From: Octopus vulgaris
Lineage: Eukaryota
Direction of reading: 5' to 3'
Length of the DNA: 64,000 nucleotides
Assembly: GCA_951406725.2 (NCBI GenBank)
Contig: OX597824.1
Span: 28,892,001-28,956,000, forward strand
The position numbers and the translations under genes are program-made. Positions 42,206-57,089 of the stretch are shown here, piece by piece; positions within the stretch are counted from its first letter, which is position 1; the number at the start of each line of letters is the position of its first letter. The notes below the pieces were generated by a model that was given only the letters and a program-made list of their open reading frames with translations, made no database searches and was not told where the DNA came from.

Positions 42206-42772
42206 AAGGGTTGAAAAGTCATGTATACATAGTTTTAACCAGCATCCATAGAATTCCTGAAAATTCACTTACGGCATCTTTGAAATGGACAATAAAGCGG
42301 TACCAAAGCTTTCGAAACTTTTAGGAATATTTTTTTGGTAAAGCGGTGATGTAGATGGACGACATGCACAGATACAGCACATGCGTGCACATTAAGGAAA
42401 ATGTATGCGTGCATATATATATATATATACATACACATACACTCGAATATACATATACGCACATGTATAAGCACAGAGGCACATATGAAAACCAATAAAA
42501 TGAAAAGTAACAAACATAAATATGCGAAAAATTATAAAAAAGTACGAAAGAAAAATAAAAAAATCTACTTTATTGATAAATGCCACTCAATGAAATCTCC
42601 AATTTATCTATCATATGACATGCTATAATCTGTGTAGAAGATATATACTCAGCAAAATTACCCCAGTAGGCACGATAAAGTAGTGCTGGGATTAAATACA
42701 TACATAAACATGCATAGATACAGAGATATACATACAAATATATATATATATATACATGTGTGTGTGTTTATG

Positions 42773-42816
<44 letters not shown>

Positions 42817-43472
42817 CACATACATAAATATTTTAAGTACTGCCGGGACTAGATATATACATGCATATATATATAGGTATGTATGTATGTATGTATATAA
42901 TATATATATATATAATATATATACATAATATATATATATATGTAAGTAAATATATATGCATGTATATATATATATATATATATGTATATGTATGCATATA
43001 TAAATCTATATGTATATGTTAACATATACATATATATGCATATATATATATATATGTATATATATGTATTTATATGTGTGTGTGTGTGTGTGTGTATATT
43101 TGTGTGCGTATATATATGTGTGTGTGTATATATGCATGTATGTATGTACGTATATGTATATAATCAGCGGGAGGCTAATAAAAGGCAAAAAATATACACT
43201 TTCTAAATAGCCCCCCAAAGCCAGTAAGCGGTTTTGTTTAGATCCAGTAACAGAAGTATATGATGTGGAATTATCAAAAAGCATTTGTTGCTAAAATGTT
43301 AGAAAGATTTAGACGTAACCTTGTGGAAACTATTGATAGGAAACTGCGACCGAGGGGAATGGCGATAAATAGATTTACTTCGGGACACACGAACATATAA
43401 AAGAGGTTTCGCAAGAAAGAACCATGATGGGTTATACATGTATATATGTGTGTCTGTGGATCCGTGTGTGCT

Positions 43473-43532
<60 letters not shown>

Positions 43533-43623
43533 GGCGCGTGTGTATGGAGTTTAGAGGCTAAATATGATGAGAAAAATAATTTTGATTAAAAAAAACAAAA
43601 TGTAAAAGCAAATGAAATACATA

Positions 43624-43625
<2 letters not shown>

Positions 43626-43681
<56 letters not shown>

Positions 43682-43736
43682 TTGTGTGTGCGTTTGTGAG
43701 TGTGTCTCTGTGTGCATGTTTGTATGTAATTATGTA

Positions 43737-43777
<41 letters not shown>

Positions 43778-43933
43778 TTGTGTGTGTGTGTTTTGTGAGT
43801 GTGTCTCTGTGTGCATGTTTGTATGTAATTATGTATGTATGTGTGTGTGTGTGTGTGTTTGTGTGTGTGTGTATGTTTGTGTGTGTGTGTTTGTGAGTGT
43901 GTCTCTGTGTGCATGTTTGTATGTAATTATGTA

Positions 43934-43997
<64 letters not shown>

Positions 43998-44140
43998 TGA
44001 GTGTGTCTCTGTGTGCATGTTTGTATGTAATTATGTATGTATGTGTGTGTGTGTGTGTGTGTTTGTGTGTGTGTGTATGTTTGTGTGTGTGTGTTTGTGA
44101 GTGTGTCTCTGTGTGCATGTCTGTATGTAATTATGTATGT
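43626..44140. repeat. Five-unit minisatellite with variable (TG)n spacers
   Basis: Core TTTGTGAGTGTGTCTCTGTGTGCATGTTTGTATGTAATTATGTATGTA occurs five times. Confidence 0.9.
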
Positions 44141-44333
44141 ATTTATGCATTTATGTGCGTATATATATATATATAAATATATATAAAAGAGTGTGTCGGT
44201 ATACACATATATTTTCATATAGAAATACAGATAAACATGATATAACAGAAATGGAACCATATACTCTTATATATACGTGTATGCATGCATATATTTATCC
44301 ATACATACACACATACCTATATTTGTATGAATG

Positions 44334-44369
<36 letters not shown>

Positions 44370-44986
44370 TATATATAAATGTTTATGTATATTTATCATA
44401 TTGATGTCATGTATGAATCACGTTCTATTGTTTGAGTGTATAAATTTGTTATATATATATATATATATGCATATATATTTGTATACACGCGTACACACTC
44501 ACACACAGATTATCAAACGTACATGAGTGAATCCACACAATCCCAAAGGCGTGGCGATTGAGAGTGGGCAGTGAGATACCTAGGTAGATACAGAGAGGAA
44601 GAGAAGATGGAGAGACACAGAGAAAGAGAAAGAAAGAGAAAGAAAGATAGAACGAGACAAAGAGAGATAGAGAGAAAGAGAGTTAGAGAGAAAGAGAGAG
44701 AGAGGGATGGACAGAGAGAGACACAGAGAGACAGACAGAGACAGGCAGATAGACCGACAGAGGGGCAGATAGACCGACAGAGGGGCAGGCCGACAGACAG
44801 TCAGATAGACATGCAGACAGTCAGGCAGACCGACCGTCCGACAAGCAGACAGACAGACGAACGGACAGACTGACAGACAGACAGAGAGAGAAAGAGAGAG
44901 ACAGAGACAGAGAGGACAGTGATAATGTTATCATTAGAAGGAGAGATATATAGATAGGTAGGTAGGCAAATAGATAGATAAAGAGA

Positions 44987-45038
<52 letters not shown>

Positions 45039-45467
45039 AAAGACTATGAATTTGACGGAGAGGACAAATACAATTTCTTTAAGATAACGAATTGCTGTTG
45101 ATGATGTTGTTGTTTGTAGCATAGGTGTTTGTGTTGGAGGTGTTGCTGTTAGCTGTTGTTGCTGTTGTGGTTATGGTGTTGGTGCAAGTTACGGTCGAGT
45201 GTGAATGATGATGGTGAGGATTGTGCTAGAGGTAATGTGGTGGAGGTGGTGGTAGTGATGATGCGGGTTGTTGTGGTGGTGAGGGTTGTGGTGGTTGAGT
45301 TGGTTGTTGTTAGTGGTGGTACTGGTTGTGATGAAGGTGGTGGTGGTGATGGTAGAATCAATGGTTGCCATGGTGATTCTGGGGATTGTGCTGATTGCAC
45401 CCTGATTTAGCAGATCTATGAACGAAGACATTCCAGCCGGGACTATTCCATCTACCTAAAGGTGTTT

Positions 45468-47579
45468 TATTCTTTATAATAAGCACTTAGACTCTAACAC
45501 AGAGGGAACAATACAAGGATAGACACAACACCATAGTAGAGACAAAAACATAAAAGGAATGACATGAAATGTATAAAATATATAAAATTAATGATAATAT
45601 AATGCCCCACTCTCAAGCAGTACCTTTTTTAATGTTTTTAAATGTTTTTACATACAGTTTTTTCATCGTTTTCTTTTTCCACTTTTTATTCCTATTAGCA
45701 TCATATTTTTATATTCTATTACTTTAACATTTTCTTACTTTTTTTGAAGTCATTAAAGGTTCTAATTCTTTGTGTTCCATAACTGGTAGCAGTTCATCAA
45801 ATTCTACTTCTACACCCAATGGGCCAATTTCGTTTCCAAACAAATCCTTCAGCTTGTCACATCTCTCCTTGTTCATTAAATCTCATTTAACGCTTTCAGT
45901 GTATCTCTCCGCTGGCAACTTCACCCTTGTAACTCTTTTATATTTCGCTATTCTTCTTTCGGCAGCCGTACCCTTAGCATACGTTACCAAATGCCACCTA
46001 AACCTCATCTGTTTCTCATTTGTTCGTTCCTGTGACGCACCTGTACTGTCCCGGAAAGTCCCGGAAAGTTTGTTCTTCTGTTGGTATTTCCCTTTCGCAT
46101 TCTCTCTGGAGAATATCTCTAACGTCTGTATCCTTCTGTTGGTGCATCTCTGGCACATCCTCACTAGAAAAAATCTCTAATGCCTGTATCCCCCTCTGTT
46201 TTTTTTTTCAGTGAAAATGTTATACTGCGTAGTTATTCCACTTTTGTTGGTGAAGCTGGTGTAATTACATTCCGGTCGAACCCTTTCGTGTCCGTCTCCA
46301 CCTCCTTTTTCCTTTTCTGACTCTCCGGCGGAGAGCTCATGAGTTCCTTCTTTCTTCTGATTACTACAATGAAAGCTTCTTCTGCTTCTTCACCTTCTCG
46401 TACCGCCACTTCGGCACTTTGTTCTTGTTCGACAAGTGTTGTTTCTGCTGCTCTCTATCTTTAATTTCCTTCTGAGGGCACCTTGCCTTCATGTCCCCCT
46501 TCTCCCCATATTGGTAGCCTGTTGGAGATCTACCCTTCACCACCACTCACAGTCTAACGTCATCTGGCAATATCATCTCCTCTGCAATTTCGTGTAAGTC
46601 CCTCAGACTCACTTGCATGGCCATTTCAAGGTCATAACTCCACTAGTTCATCTTATTGGTTCTTGTAACCTTTAGTATCTTCGCTTCTTCTTCCATATTA
46701 TCCATTAATGCTGCTGTCAGCCATGCTTCTTTAATTTCTAGGGGTGTTCTGCTCACCTTTACCCTGGCCACGCGTTTGCCATAGTAGGTTGGCAGAAGCA
46801 CCCACCCTTGTGTCCTTATGGCCACAGTGGAGTGGTTTATCGCCTCTTCTTCATTTGCGAACCTCACCTCCACTGTGCCATACCTTCTACCTCTCGTGTA
46901 AAAAGTTGTAGAATTTCTAATTTCTTTTAAACATTCTTCTATTGCTTCAATGGTAGCAATTTCTATCCTTTTGGATGACACCAACAGCATTCTATACACC
47001 ACTGTTCTTTTTACAACACTATTCGTTAGCTCTTCATAGAGCCTGTCTCATAGGCTATTTTCTCCTACATTTCATTTGCTTTCACTTTTTTCTCTATTTT
47101 TTAATCAAAATTATTTTTCTCATATTTAGCCTCTAAACTCTATACACACTTACACTAAATAAACTCTATACACACGTACAGCGTTCTATTTACAACACTA
47201 TACGTTAGCTCTTCCGGTGGCGTTAGCTGCCAACTGGTTTCTTCTCTTTCGATTAGCTTTTTACACTCCTTCCACTTTTTTGGTTCCACCTTCACTTCTC
47301 GAACATCCAAAGCGTCGGTGTCTATACCTTTGCCGGTGGCTGCCGCATAACTTCCGTCCTTTGCTGGTATTGATTTCATTCCTACTCTCTTCTCCACTTC
47401 ACCCCAAAATGGGGAAGAAAACAACCACAAATTAACAAATCCAAATACAGAAAACCAACGGTTATTCGACAAGTCAACAACTCGCAGGTGTACCCACGCG
47501 GGTGACCTTCAGCAAATATACAATAACAGAACTTACTTCAATCAGAATCCCAAAGGATTTAACACAAGAAAAACTGCTT
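45468..47579 (-). mobile_element. ORF1-only non-autonomous LINE (HAL1-like), full length with TSD
   Basis: 12-bp direct repeat CTAAAGGTGTTT at 45456-45467 and 47580-47591. Decayed ORF1 inside, A-rich 3' end, and no room for or trace of endonuclease/RT. Confidence 0.75.
45720..47379 (-). pseudogene. Disrupted LINE ORF1 (RRM-like region plus degenerate CCHC knuckle; Tx1/L1-type)
   Basis: MKSIPAKDGSYAAAT start; RGRRYGTVEVRFANEEEA...RVARVKVSRTPLEI (RRM-like); VVVKGRSPTGYQYGEKGDMKARCP, a decayed GRxPxCxxCGxxGHxxxxCP. Contains stops and frameshifts. Confidence 0.65.
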
Positions 47580-47891
47580 CTAAAGGTGTTTGTGAGTACA
47601 TCATCAAACTTTTATCTTTTCACTGTTCCAATCATTAGTTCGATTGCAGCAATGCTGGGGCACCGCTTTGAAGAATCCTTAGCAAAATATATAGCTCTAA
47701 GTGCACTTTTGTTGTTAAAGCTTTGTACCTATTCAGTCGGTTTCGTTTGTTGAACCGCTACCTTACTTGGACGTAAACACGCCAACATCGGTTGTCAAGT
47801 AGTGGTGTTGGACAAACATACACACAAAGACGCAAGACAAAAACATACACACATACATATATATATATATATATGTGCGTGTGTGTGTGTG

Positions 47892-47978
<87 letters not shown>

Positions 47979-48456
47979 AATGGGATAGTAAAACTATTTT
48001 TTTTAGTTTTCTGAAAAAGCAACGTTTTATACTTACGACACTTTTGCGTAATAGCAACGATATATATACACACAGACACACACACACACATATATATATA
48101 TATATTTATATATATATATATATGTATGTATATATATATCAAACGTAGGATAATTCTAATAATATAGCATAAACAGAATAAATCACTCTCCTCAGAAGCA
48201 TACGACCATATAAATTTTCAACATACAGGATACTTCATTATTATATTTTAGCAAAGTTTTTATCTTGTTAAAAAATTATAATAGGGCATCCTGTACGTTG
48301 GAAATATACATGATCGTTTGCTTTCGAGGAGAGTTGGTAATTTCAAATTGATGCAATGTTTCCATTGATCCATTAAATGGAGCCTCTCGAAACGGCCGTA
48401 ATGCACTGATACCTAGAAACCCTTATTATTTGCTTTATATATATATATATATATAT

Positions 48457-48509
<53 letters not shown>

Positions 48510-48524
48510 GAGCCAGAAAGATAT

Positions 48525-48688
48525 AAACGACGGGCTTCCTATTACCGTCTACCAAATTCATTCACAAGGCTTTGGTCGGACGGAGGCTATAGTAGAAGAT
48601 ACTTGCCCAAGGTGCCACGCAATGGTACTGAACACGCAGCCATGTGGTTGGTAAACAAGCTACTTACCACACAGCCACTCCTACGCCT
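48525..48688 (-). mobile_element. SINE family A, head (a degenerate tail lies at ~47640-47830)
   Basis: Reverse complement of the family A head. Confidence 0.8.
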
Positions 48689-49019
48689 ATATATATATAT
48701 ATATAGACTGACTCCGGAACGATGTCGTTGGATCCAAAATTTCTCACAAGATAGGCAGGCCTGCACGAATCTAATGCCCATATCGTTTCTCTTAGGAATA
48801 ATCTGACTGTGATATAGGTTGTATTTCCAGCATATGGAGTGACCAATAGAGCTTTCCTTTTCGTTTATCTGTTTTTATTTTTTTTATTGTTGCTTTGCCA
48901 TCGGTCGCCATTTGTGCAATGGTATTCTTAGTAATGACGCGGCTGTTTTTATTCATCGTTATTGTTGTTGCTTGCAATGAATGCGGTGGTGGTGGTGGTG
49001 GTGGTGGTGGGCTTATGCT

Positions 49020-50515
49020 AGGGAGTGGAATTGGTGGCGAAGAGTGGAGGTGGCGGTGAAGAGAGTGGTGGAGGTGGTGGTGGAGAGTGGAGGTGGTGGT
49101 GGTGAGTGGAGGTGGTGGTGTAGAGTGGAGGTGGTGGTGGAGAGTGGAGGTGGTGGTTAGAGTGGAGTTGGTGGTGGTGATGAGGGTGCTGCTGCTGATG
49201 CTGGGGAGTGGATGTTGTGGCGAAGAGTGGAGGTGGCGGTGAAGAGTGGAGGTGGCGGTGAAGAGTGGAGGTGGCGGTGAAGAGTGGAGGTGGTGGTGGT
49301 GGAGAGTGGAGGTGGTGGTGGAGAGTGGAGGTGGTGGTGGAGAGTGGAGGTGGTGGTGGAGAGTGGAGGTGGTGGTGGAGAGTGGAGGTGGTGGTGGTGG
49401 TGGAGTGGAGGTGGTGGTGGAGAGTGGAGGTGGTGGTGTTGATGATGGTGCTGCTGCTGATGCTAGGAAGTGGATGTGGTGGCGACGAGTGGAGGTGGCG
49501 GTGAAGAGTGGAGGTGGTGGTGGAGAGTGGAGGTGGTGGTTAGAGTGGAGTTGGTGGTGGTGATGAGGGTGCTGCTGCTGATGCTGGGGAGTGGATGTTG
49601 TGGCGAAGAGTGGAGGTGGCGGTGAAGAGTGGAGGTGGCGGTGAAGAGTGGAGGTGGCGGTGAAGAGTAGAGGTGGTGGTGGTGGAGAGTGGAGGTGGTG
49701 GTGGAGAGTGGAGGTGTTGGTGGAGAGTGGAGGTGGTGGTGGAGAGTGGAGGTGGTGGTGGAGAGTGGAGGTGGTGGTGGAGAGTGGAGTGGTGGTGGTG
49801 ATGATGGTGCTGCTGCTGTTGATGCTAGGAAGTGGATGTGGTGGCGACGAGTGGAGGTGGCGGTGAAGAGTGGAGGTGGTGGTGGTGATGAGGGTGCTGC
49901 TGCTGACGCTAGGGAGTGGATGTGGTGGCGAAGAGTGGAGGTGGCGGTGAAGAGTGGAGGTGGTGGAGAGTGGAGGTGGTGGTGGTGTAGAGTGGAGATG
50001 GTGGTGGTGATGAGGGTGCTGCTGCTGATGCTGGGGAGTGGATGTGGTGGCGAAGAGTGGAGGTGGCGGTGAAGAGTGGGGGTGGAGGTGGTGGTGGTGT
50101 AGAGTGGAGGTGGTGGTGATGAGGGTGCTGCTGCTGTTGCTAGGGAGTGGATGTAGTGGCGAAGAGTAGAGGTGGCGGTGAAGAGTGGAGGTGGTGGTGG
50201 AGAGTGGAGGTGGTGGTGGTGGTGATGAGGGTGCTGCTGCTGATGCTAGGGAGTGGATGTGGTGGCGAAGAGTGGAGGTGGTGGTGAAGAGTGGAGGTGG
50301 TGGTGGAGAGTGGAGGTGGTGGTGTAGAGTGGGAGGTGGTGGTGGTGGTGATGAGGGTGCTGCTGCTGATGCTAGGGAGTGGATGTGGTGGCGAAGAGTG
50401 GAGGTGGCGGTGAAGAGTGGAGGTGGTGGTGGAGAGTGGAGGTGGTGGCGTAGAGTGGAGGTGGTGGTGTAGAGTGGAGGTGGTGGTGGTGATGAGGGTG
50501 CTGCTGCTGATGCAG
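49020..50515. repeat. G-rich minisatellite with higher-order structure
   Basis: GAGAGTGGAGGTGGTGGT/GAAGAGTGGAGGTGGCGGT units interspersed with GATGAGGGTGCTGCTGCTGATGCTAGGGAGTGGATGTGGTGGC blocks. Confidence 0.95.
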
Positions 50516-50607
50516 CGGCAGATGGTGCTGTTTATTTTAAGGAATAAATTTGTCCGTTCCAAGTCAGTATAAAAGCTGGAAATATTGCTGTCACATGTGC
50601 CAAAGAA

Positions 50608-50652
<45 letters not shown>

Positions 50653-50774
50653 CACATTCCCGCACAAACACGCACACATACATCCATACCGACGCACATA
50701 TAATACCTCATGCACAATACAAGCTATAGAACACACAGATATGGACGTGTGCAAATATTTTTTAATTTATTTAT

Positions 50775-51327
<553 letters not shown>

Positions 51328-52284
51328 ATATGCATGTATGTATGGAAGTATGTATGTATATATATATATATATATAATACATACTTCCATACATACATGC
51401 ATATATATATGTGTGTGTGTGTGTGTGTATATTGTATATGTTTATATATATATATGTACATATATATATATATGTATGTATATACTATATAGTATTATTG
51501 TTTGTGAGTTTTATATACATGCTTATATATTAAGCATTCATATATATAGATAGATACATACATACATGTTTTACATTTTATGTGTGTGTATGTTTGTGTG
51601 CACGTGTGTGCCTACATGTGTGAGCGTATTATACACGCACAGACACAAACACACACAATGCACGTCTGAGTGGAAGAATGCATGCCTGTGCATCTGCAAG
51701 TATATTCGTGAAGTTTTGAAATAAAAATAATAATAACAATAATAATAACAACAATAACAACAACAACAACAACAACAGCAACCGCAATAACAACACCAGC
51801 AAGAAATATAACCACAATAATATTGTAGAGAACAAAAAAAAAATATATTTGAAAATGAAATTTGCTCCGAATTATTGTGCTGTCAAAATCCGGCAATGTC
51901 AATGTGGATAGCTTGTAGTAAAGTTGAATGTGAAACCAAGCGTTACATAGGCCATTAGACATGATTGCGCACGCTAATTGTAAAGCAGAACACTTCTCGA
52001 TCAGCCATCTACTTTCACTTTGACTCAACTTCGCGTTCTGTTCTGGTTTTTTTTTTTATTTTTCATTTTTTGTTTTTGTCTTCTCGTTTTGTTGCTTTTG
52101 TTTTGTATTTCTCTCTCTCCCTCTGCATATATATTTTTTAATATCCTGGTCCCCGTCTTTCAATTATTGTACTATCTTTCAGTTTGAATCTTACTCACAA
52201 ATATTCCGGATATGCCAGTTGTCTTCATTTTATATATATGTATATTTCTTTAATATATTCATATTAAATTCACATTTAGCTTTC

Positions 52285-52945
<661 letters not shown>

Positions 52946-53490
52946 TTGCTCTTGCCTTGCCTACAGCCCCCCCCCCCCAACCTCCCTTTGCTTATCATTC
53001 AATTTTTATATTGTATACTCACGCCTTGTATTTATCCTAACACAACCACCATCACCAACACCACCACTACTACCACTCCGCCATTATAAAGTCTTTTTTA
53101 TTTATTTATTTATTTATTTGTACTTTCCCCAGCCTCCTTTTCAATTACTGCTTCTATTTAATTCTTTCAATATCTCAGCCTGCTGTCCACATTTTTTTAC
53201 TACTTATTTCCCATCTTCAAATTCGCCATAATATCTCGATCACTCTTTGAATTATTTCACCCACATCCAGTTTGGAGGAAAATCCTAATAATCTGATCCC
53301 CTACCACCCCCACCACCGCGTTCGCATTCCCCTTTATAACCTTTCGTAAAAATGAAACTTGTCTATCACACATACATACACACGCACACAGACACACACA
53401 TGCACAAAGACACATCGATGATTCTATGAGTTTGCATGTAAGTATATGTATATCTGTATGTTTGCAAGTGATGCATATATGTATGTGCAT

Positions 53491-53667
<177 letters not shown>

Positions 53668-53708
53668 CATCTTTATACCCATATTAACCATTTACGAATT
53701 TATGTATG

Positions 53709-53748
<40 letters not shown>

Positions 53749-53951
53749 CATATCATCATCATCATCGTCATCAATTATCTTGCGTTTTCCATCCTGGCAT
53801 AGGTCGAACGGTAGGGGCACGGGTTGGACGATATATTCATAAATACATATATATGCATACACACACATACACTCGCACACACACATATATACTTGCACAC
53901 ACACATATATCTATATATTGATACATATTTCTATAAGTATTATACATATAC

Positions 53952-53985
<34 letters not shown>

Positions 53986-54626
53986 GTATATTTGTGGGTG
54001 TGTGCGTATGTGTGTGAGTTTGTGTGTACGTGTGTGTTTATATATATATATTATATATATATATATATATATGTATAATATACATATATGTATATGTTAT
54101 ATATGGGCCTGGCTTGTAGTGTGTGACTGTAAATGTATATGCTTCAGTTTTTATTTATAATCCTCACCCCTCCAATTATCTTTTAATCTCCCGATCCCAT
54201 TCAATCACACTAATTCTATTTCCCACTCCCTTGCAGCCCCAGCCCATTCTGAGTCCCAATAATCCTGACCTGACTTCCACTTTATACTTTTCATCGAGTT
54301 TAAAATTTGTTCAGAGAAAGATTGCAAAAAGGGTCAGAGAAAAAATAGCATTCTCTCACTCTGTTTCACTCTGTCAGTCTCTCACTCACTCTGTCTGTCT
54401 CACTCTCAATCTGTCTCTGTCTCTCTCTCACACTCTGTCTGTCTCTCTTTCTGCATCCATCTTTTTTCTCTCTACCCCTGTCTATTTTTATGTGCGCACA
54501 CATGTACAAGTATAATATATACATTTATGTATAATGTACATATAATATATATGTACCTATGCATATGTAGCTACCCACACATATAACATACATATATCTA
54601 TACATACTAATTACACACACATACAC

Positions 54627-54713
<87 letters not shown>

Positions 54714-55057
54714 GCTATGTCCACATATATGTATATATATGAATACATAATTTTATGAATATGAATGTATATTTGTATATACGCGGGTATATATATCTGC
54801 ACACACACGCATACACATACACACACATAGATAAACATAAATCGACTCTCACACATCATACAGGATTGCATGATTCTTTGGAAGTTCTCTTCGCTACTAA
54901 GTGATACTTTGGTTCCCGGACCACTCCATAATACGTTAGCTAACTACGTTCTACAATAATTCCATGACAACTGATACATATATATGTGTGTATGTGTGTG
55001 TGTGTGTTTGTATGTGTGTGTGCATAAGTATATATGTATATATATGTATATGTATAT

Positions 55058-55258
55058 TCTTTTACTTGTTTCAGTCGTTTGACTGCCGCCAAAGTGGAGC
55101 ACTACCTTTTAGTCAAGCAAATCGACCCCAGGACTTATTATTTTAAGCCTTGTACTTATTCTATCGGTCTCTTTTGCCGAACCGCTAAGTTACGGGGATG
55201 TAAACACACCTGCATCGGTTGACAAGCGATGTTGTAGGGGACAAGCATAGGCACACAA

Positions 55259-55260
<2 letters not shown>
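55058..55260 (-). mobile_element. SINE family A, tail
   Basis: Reverse complement of the family A tail. Confidence 0.8.
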
Positions 55261-55291
<31 letters not shown>

Positions 55292-55309
55292 TATATATAC
55301 GTACGCATG

Positions 55310-55572
55310 TGAAGGCTGTTGCACTCACAACCGATGAGGGGTTTATTTCTCCCCAGCTGGACGAGACGCCAGTCCATCGCAGCGTTACACAAAAAAAAAC
55401 AGGAAGAAAGAGTGAGAGAAAGTTGGGACGGAAGAGTACAACAGAGGTCACCCCCCCCCCCTGCCGGAGCCTCGTGCAGCGTTAAGTGTTTTCGCTCAAT
55501 AAACACACACAATCGAAACCGCGAACCTCCGACCGTGAGTCCGCTGCCCTAACCATATATATATTGCGCCTT
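55310..55572 (-). mobile_element. SINE family C, tail variant 2
   Basis: Shares CTGCCGGAGCCTCGTG..TGTTTTCGCTCAATAAACAC..CGAAACCGCG..CCGCTGCCCTAACCA with 56700 and 60357, but has a different 3' part. Confidence 0.7.
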
Positions 55573-55598
55573 CACACGCATATATATATACATATATA

Positions 55599-55700
<102 letters not shown>

Positions 55701-56263
55701 CTATTATGTTAAACTGACGCATGTCCAAATTTGGCCAAATGCGTCTTTTTTTTTTTTAAATTATATTTGTTTGCAAAAGCCGATTCTTTTAGTCAAACTA
55801 TCGTATCTCCAACTGCTTTATATGCCAAGATATCAAAACTTGTCAAAGTGTAGCACAACGGTTTTGATATGGAATGATGAAACTACTTTTCGTTTTCTGA
55901 AAAAGCAACGTTTTGAACTTACGGCACTTTTTTATAATAGCAACGATATACATACGACACGCTTCTATCAGTTTCCGCCGGCCAAATCCACTCACAATGC
56001 ATTTGATGGCCTGGAGCAATAGTGAAAGACACTTCCAAACGGTTCTCCGTAGTGGGACTGAACTGGAACCATGAGGCTGGGAAACAAATTCCTTAGCGCG
56101 TAATTACGCGAGTTCTCTTCGATTTTGAGTCGCAAATTTGGTTACTGTTTTTTAAAGGTCGTTTGATCACGTGCAGTTTTCCGCATTATACTAGGAAACG
56201 TATAGTGCATGACTTCATAGTTTCTTAGAGCCAGCAAGACTGCTAGGACACGGGAGGTATTTA

Positions 56264-56490
56264 GGCGAGCTGGCAGAAACGTTAGCACGCCGAGCGAAAT
56301 TCTTAGCGGTATTTCGTCTGCCGTTACGTTCTGAGTTCAAATTCCGCCGAGGTCGACTTTGCTTTTCATCCTTTCGGGGTCGATAAATTAAGTACCAGTT
56401 ACGCACTGGGGTCGATGTAATCGACTTAATCCGTTTGTCTATCCTTGTTTGTCCCCTCTGTGTTTAGCTCCTTGTGGGTAGTAATGAAAT
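56264..56490 (+). mobile_element. SINE family B, full length
   Basis: tRNA-like head, Meta-like domain, tail TGTCTATCCTTGTTTGTCCCCTCTGTGTTTAG; putative TSD AGGTATTTA (56255 and 56491). Confidence 0.9.
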
Positions 56491-56699
56491 AGGTATTTAC
56501 TCTTAAACCAAAAGCATACCCAGAGATGATATTAAGAACAGTGAGCTTCGGTAAAGCTGCCAAAGAACCAAGTGGAGGTTGCCAAACCTATCACCAAAAT
56601 ATTAAAAGCTCAATGAGATAAGAATATTGAAAATTATATAATGCAGTGCTAAAGCAATTCCGTCAATCCTCCGCATTAAAATAGTACCTTATTTCATCT

Positions 56700-57089
56700 T
56701 CGTGGAGGCGCAATGGCCCAGTGGTTAGGGCAGCAGACTTGCGGTCATAGGATCGCGGTTTCGATTCCCAGACCGGGCGTTGTGAGTGTTTATTGAGCGA
56801 AAACACCTAAAAGCTCCACGAGGCTCCGGCAGGGGATGGTGGTGATCCCTGCTGTACTCTTTCATCACAACTTTCTCTCACTCTTACTTCCTGTTTCTGT
56901 TGTACCTGTATTTCAAAGGGCCGGCCTTGACACTCTCTGTGTCACGCTGAATATCCCCGAGAACTACGTTAAGGGTACACGTGTCTGTGGAGTACTCAGC
57001 CACATACACGTTGATTTCACGAGTAGGCTGTTCCGTTGATTCGGATCAACCGGAACCCTCGTCGTCGTAACCGACGGAGTGCTTCCACC
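56700..57089 (+). mobile_element. tRNA-derived SINE family C, full length
   Basis: TGGCCCAGTGGTTAGG (A box), GGTTTCGATTCC (B box); TSD ATTTCATCT at 56691 and 57090. Confidence 0.9.

Noticed and set aside
56702-56780. tRNA-like sequence (also the other SINE heads)
   Set aside because: It continues into a SINE body with a TSD and lacks a proper acceptor stem and terminator.
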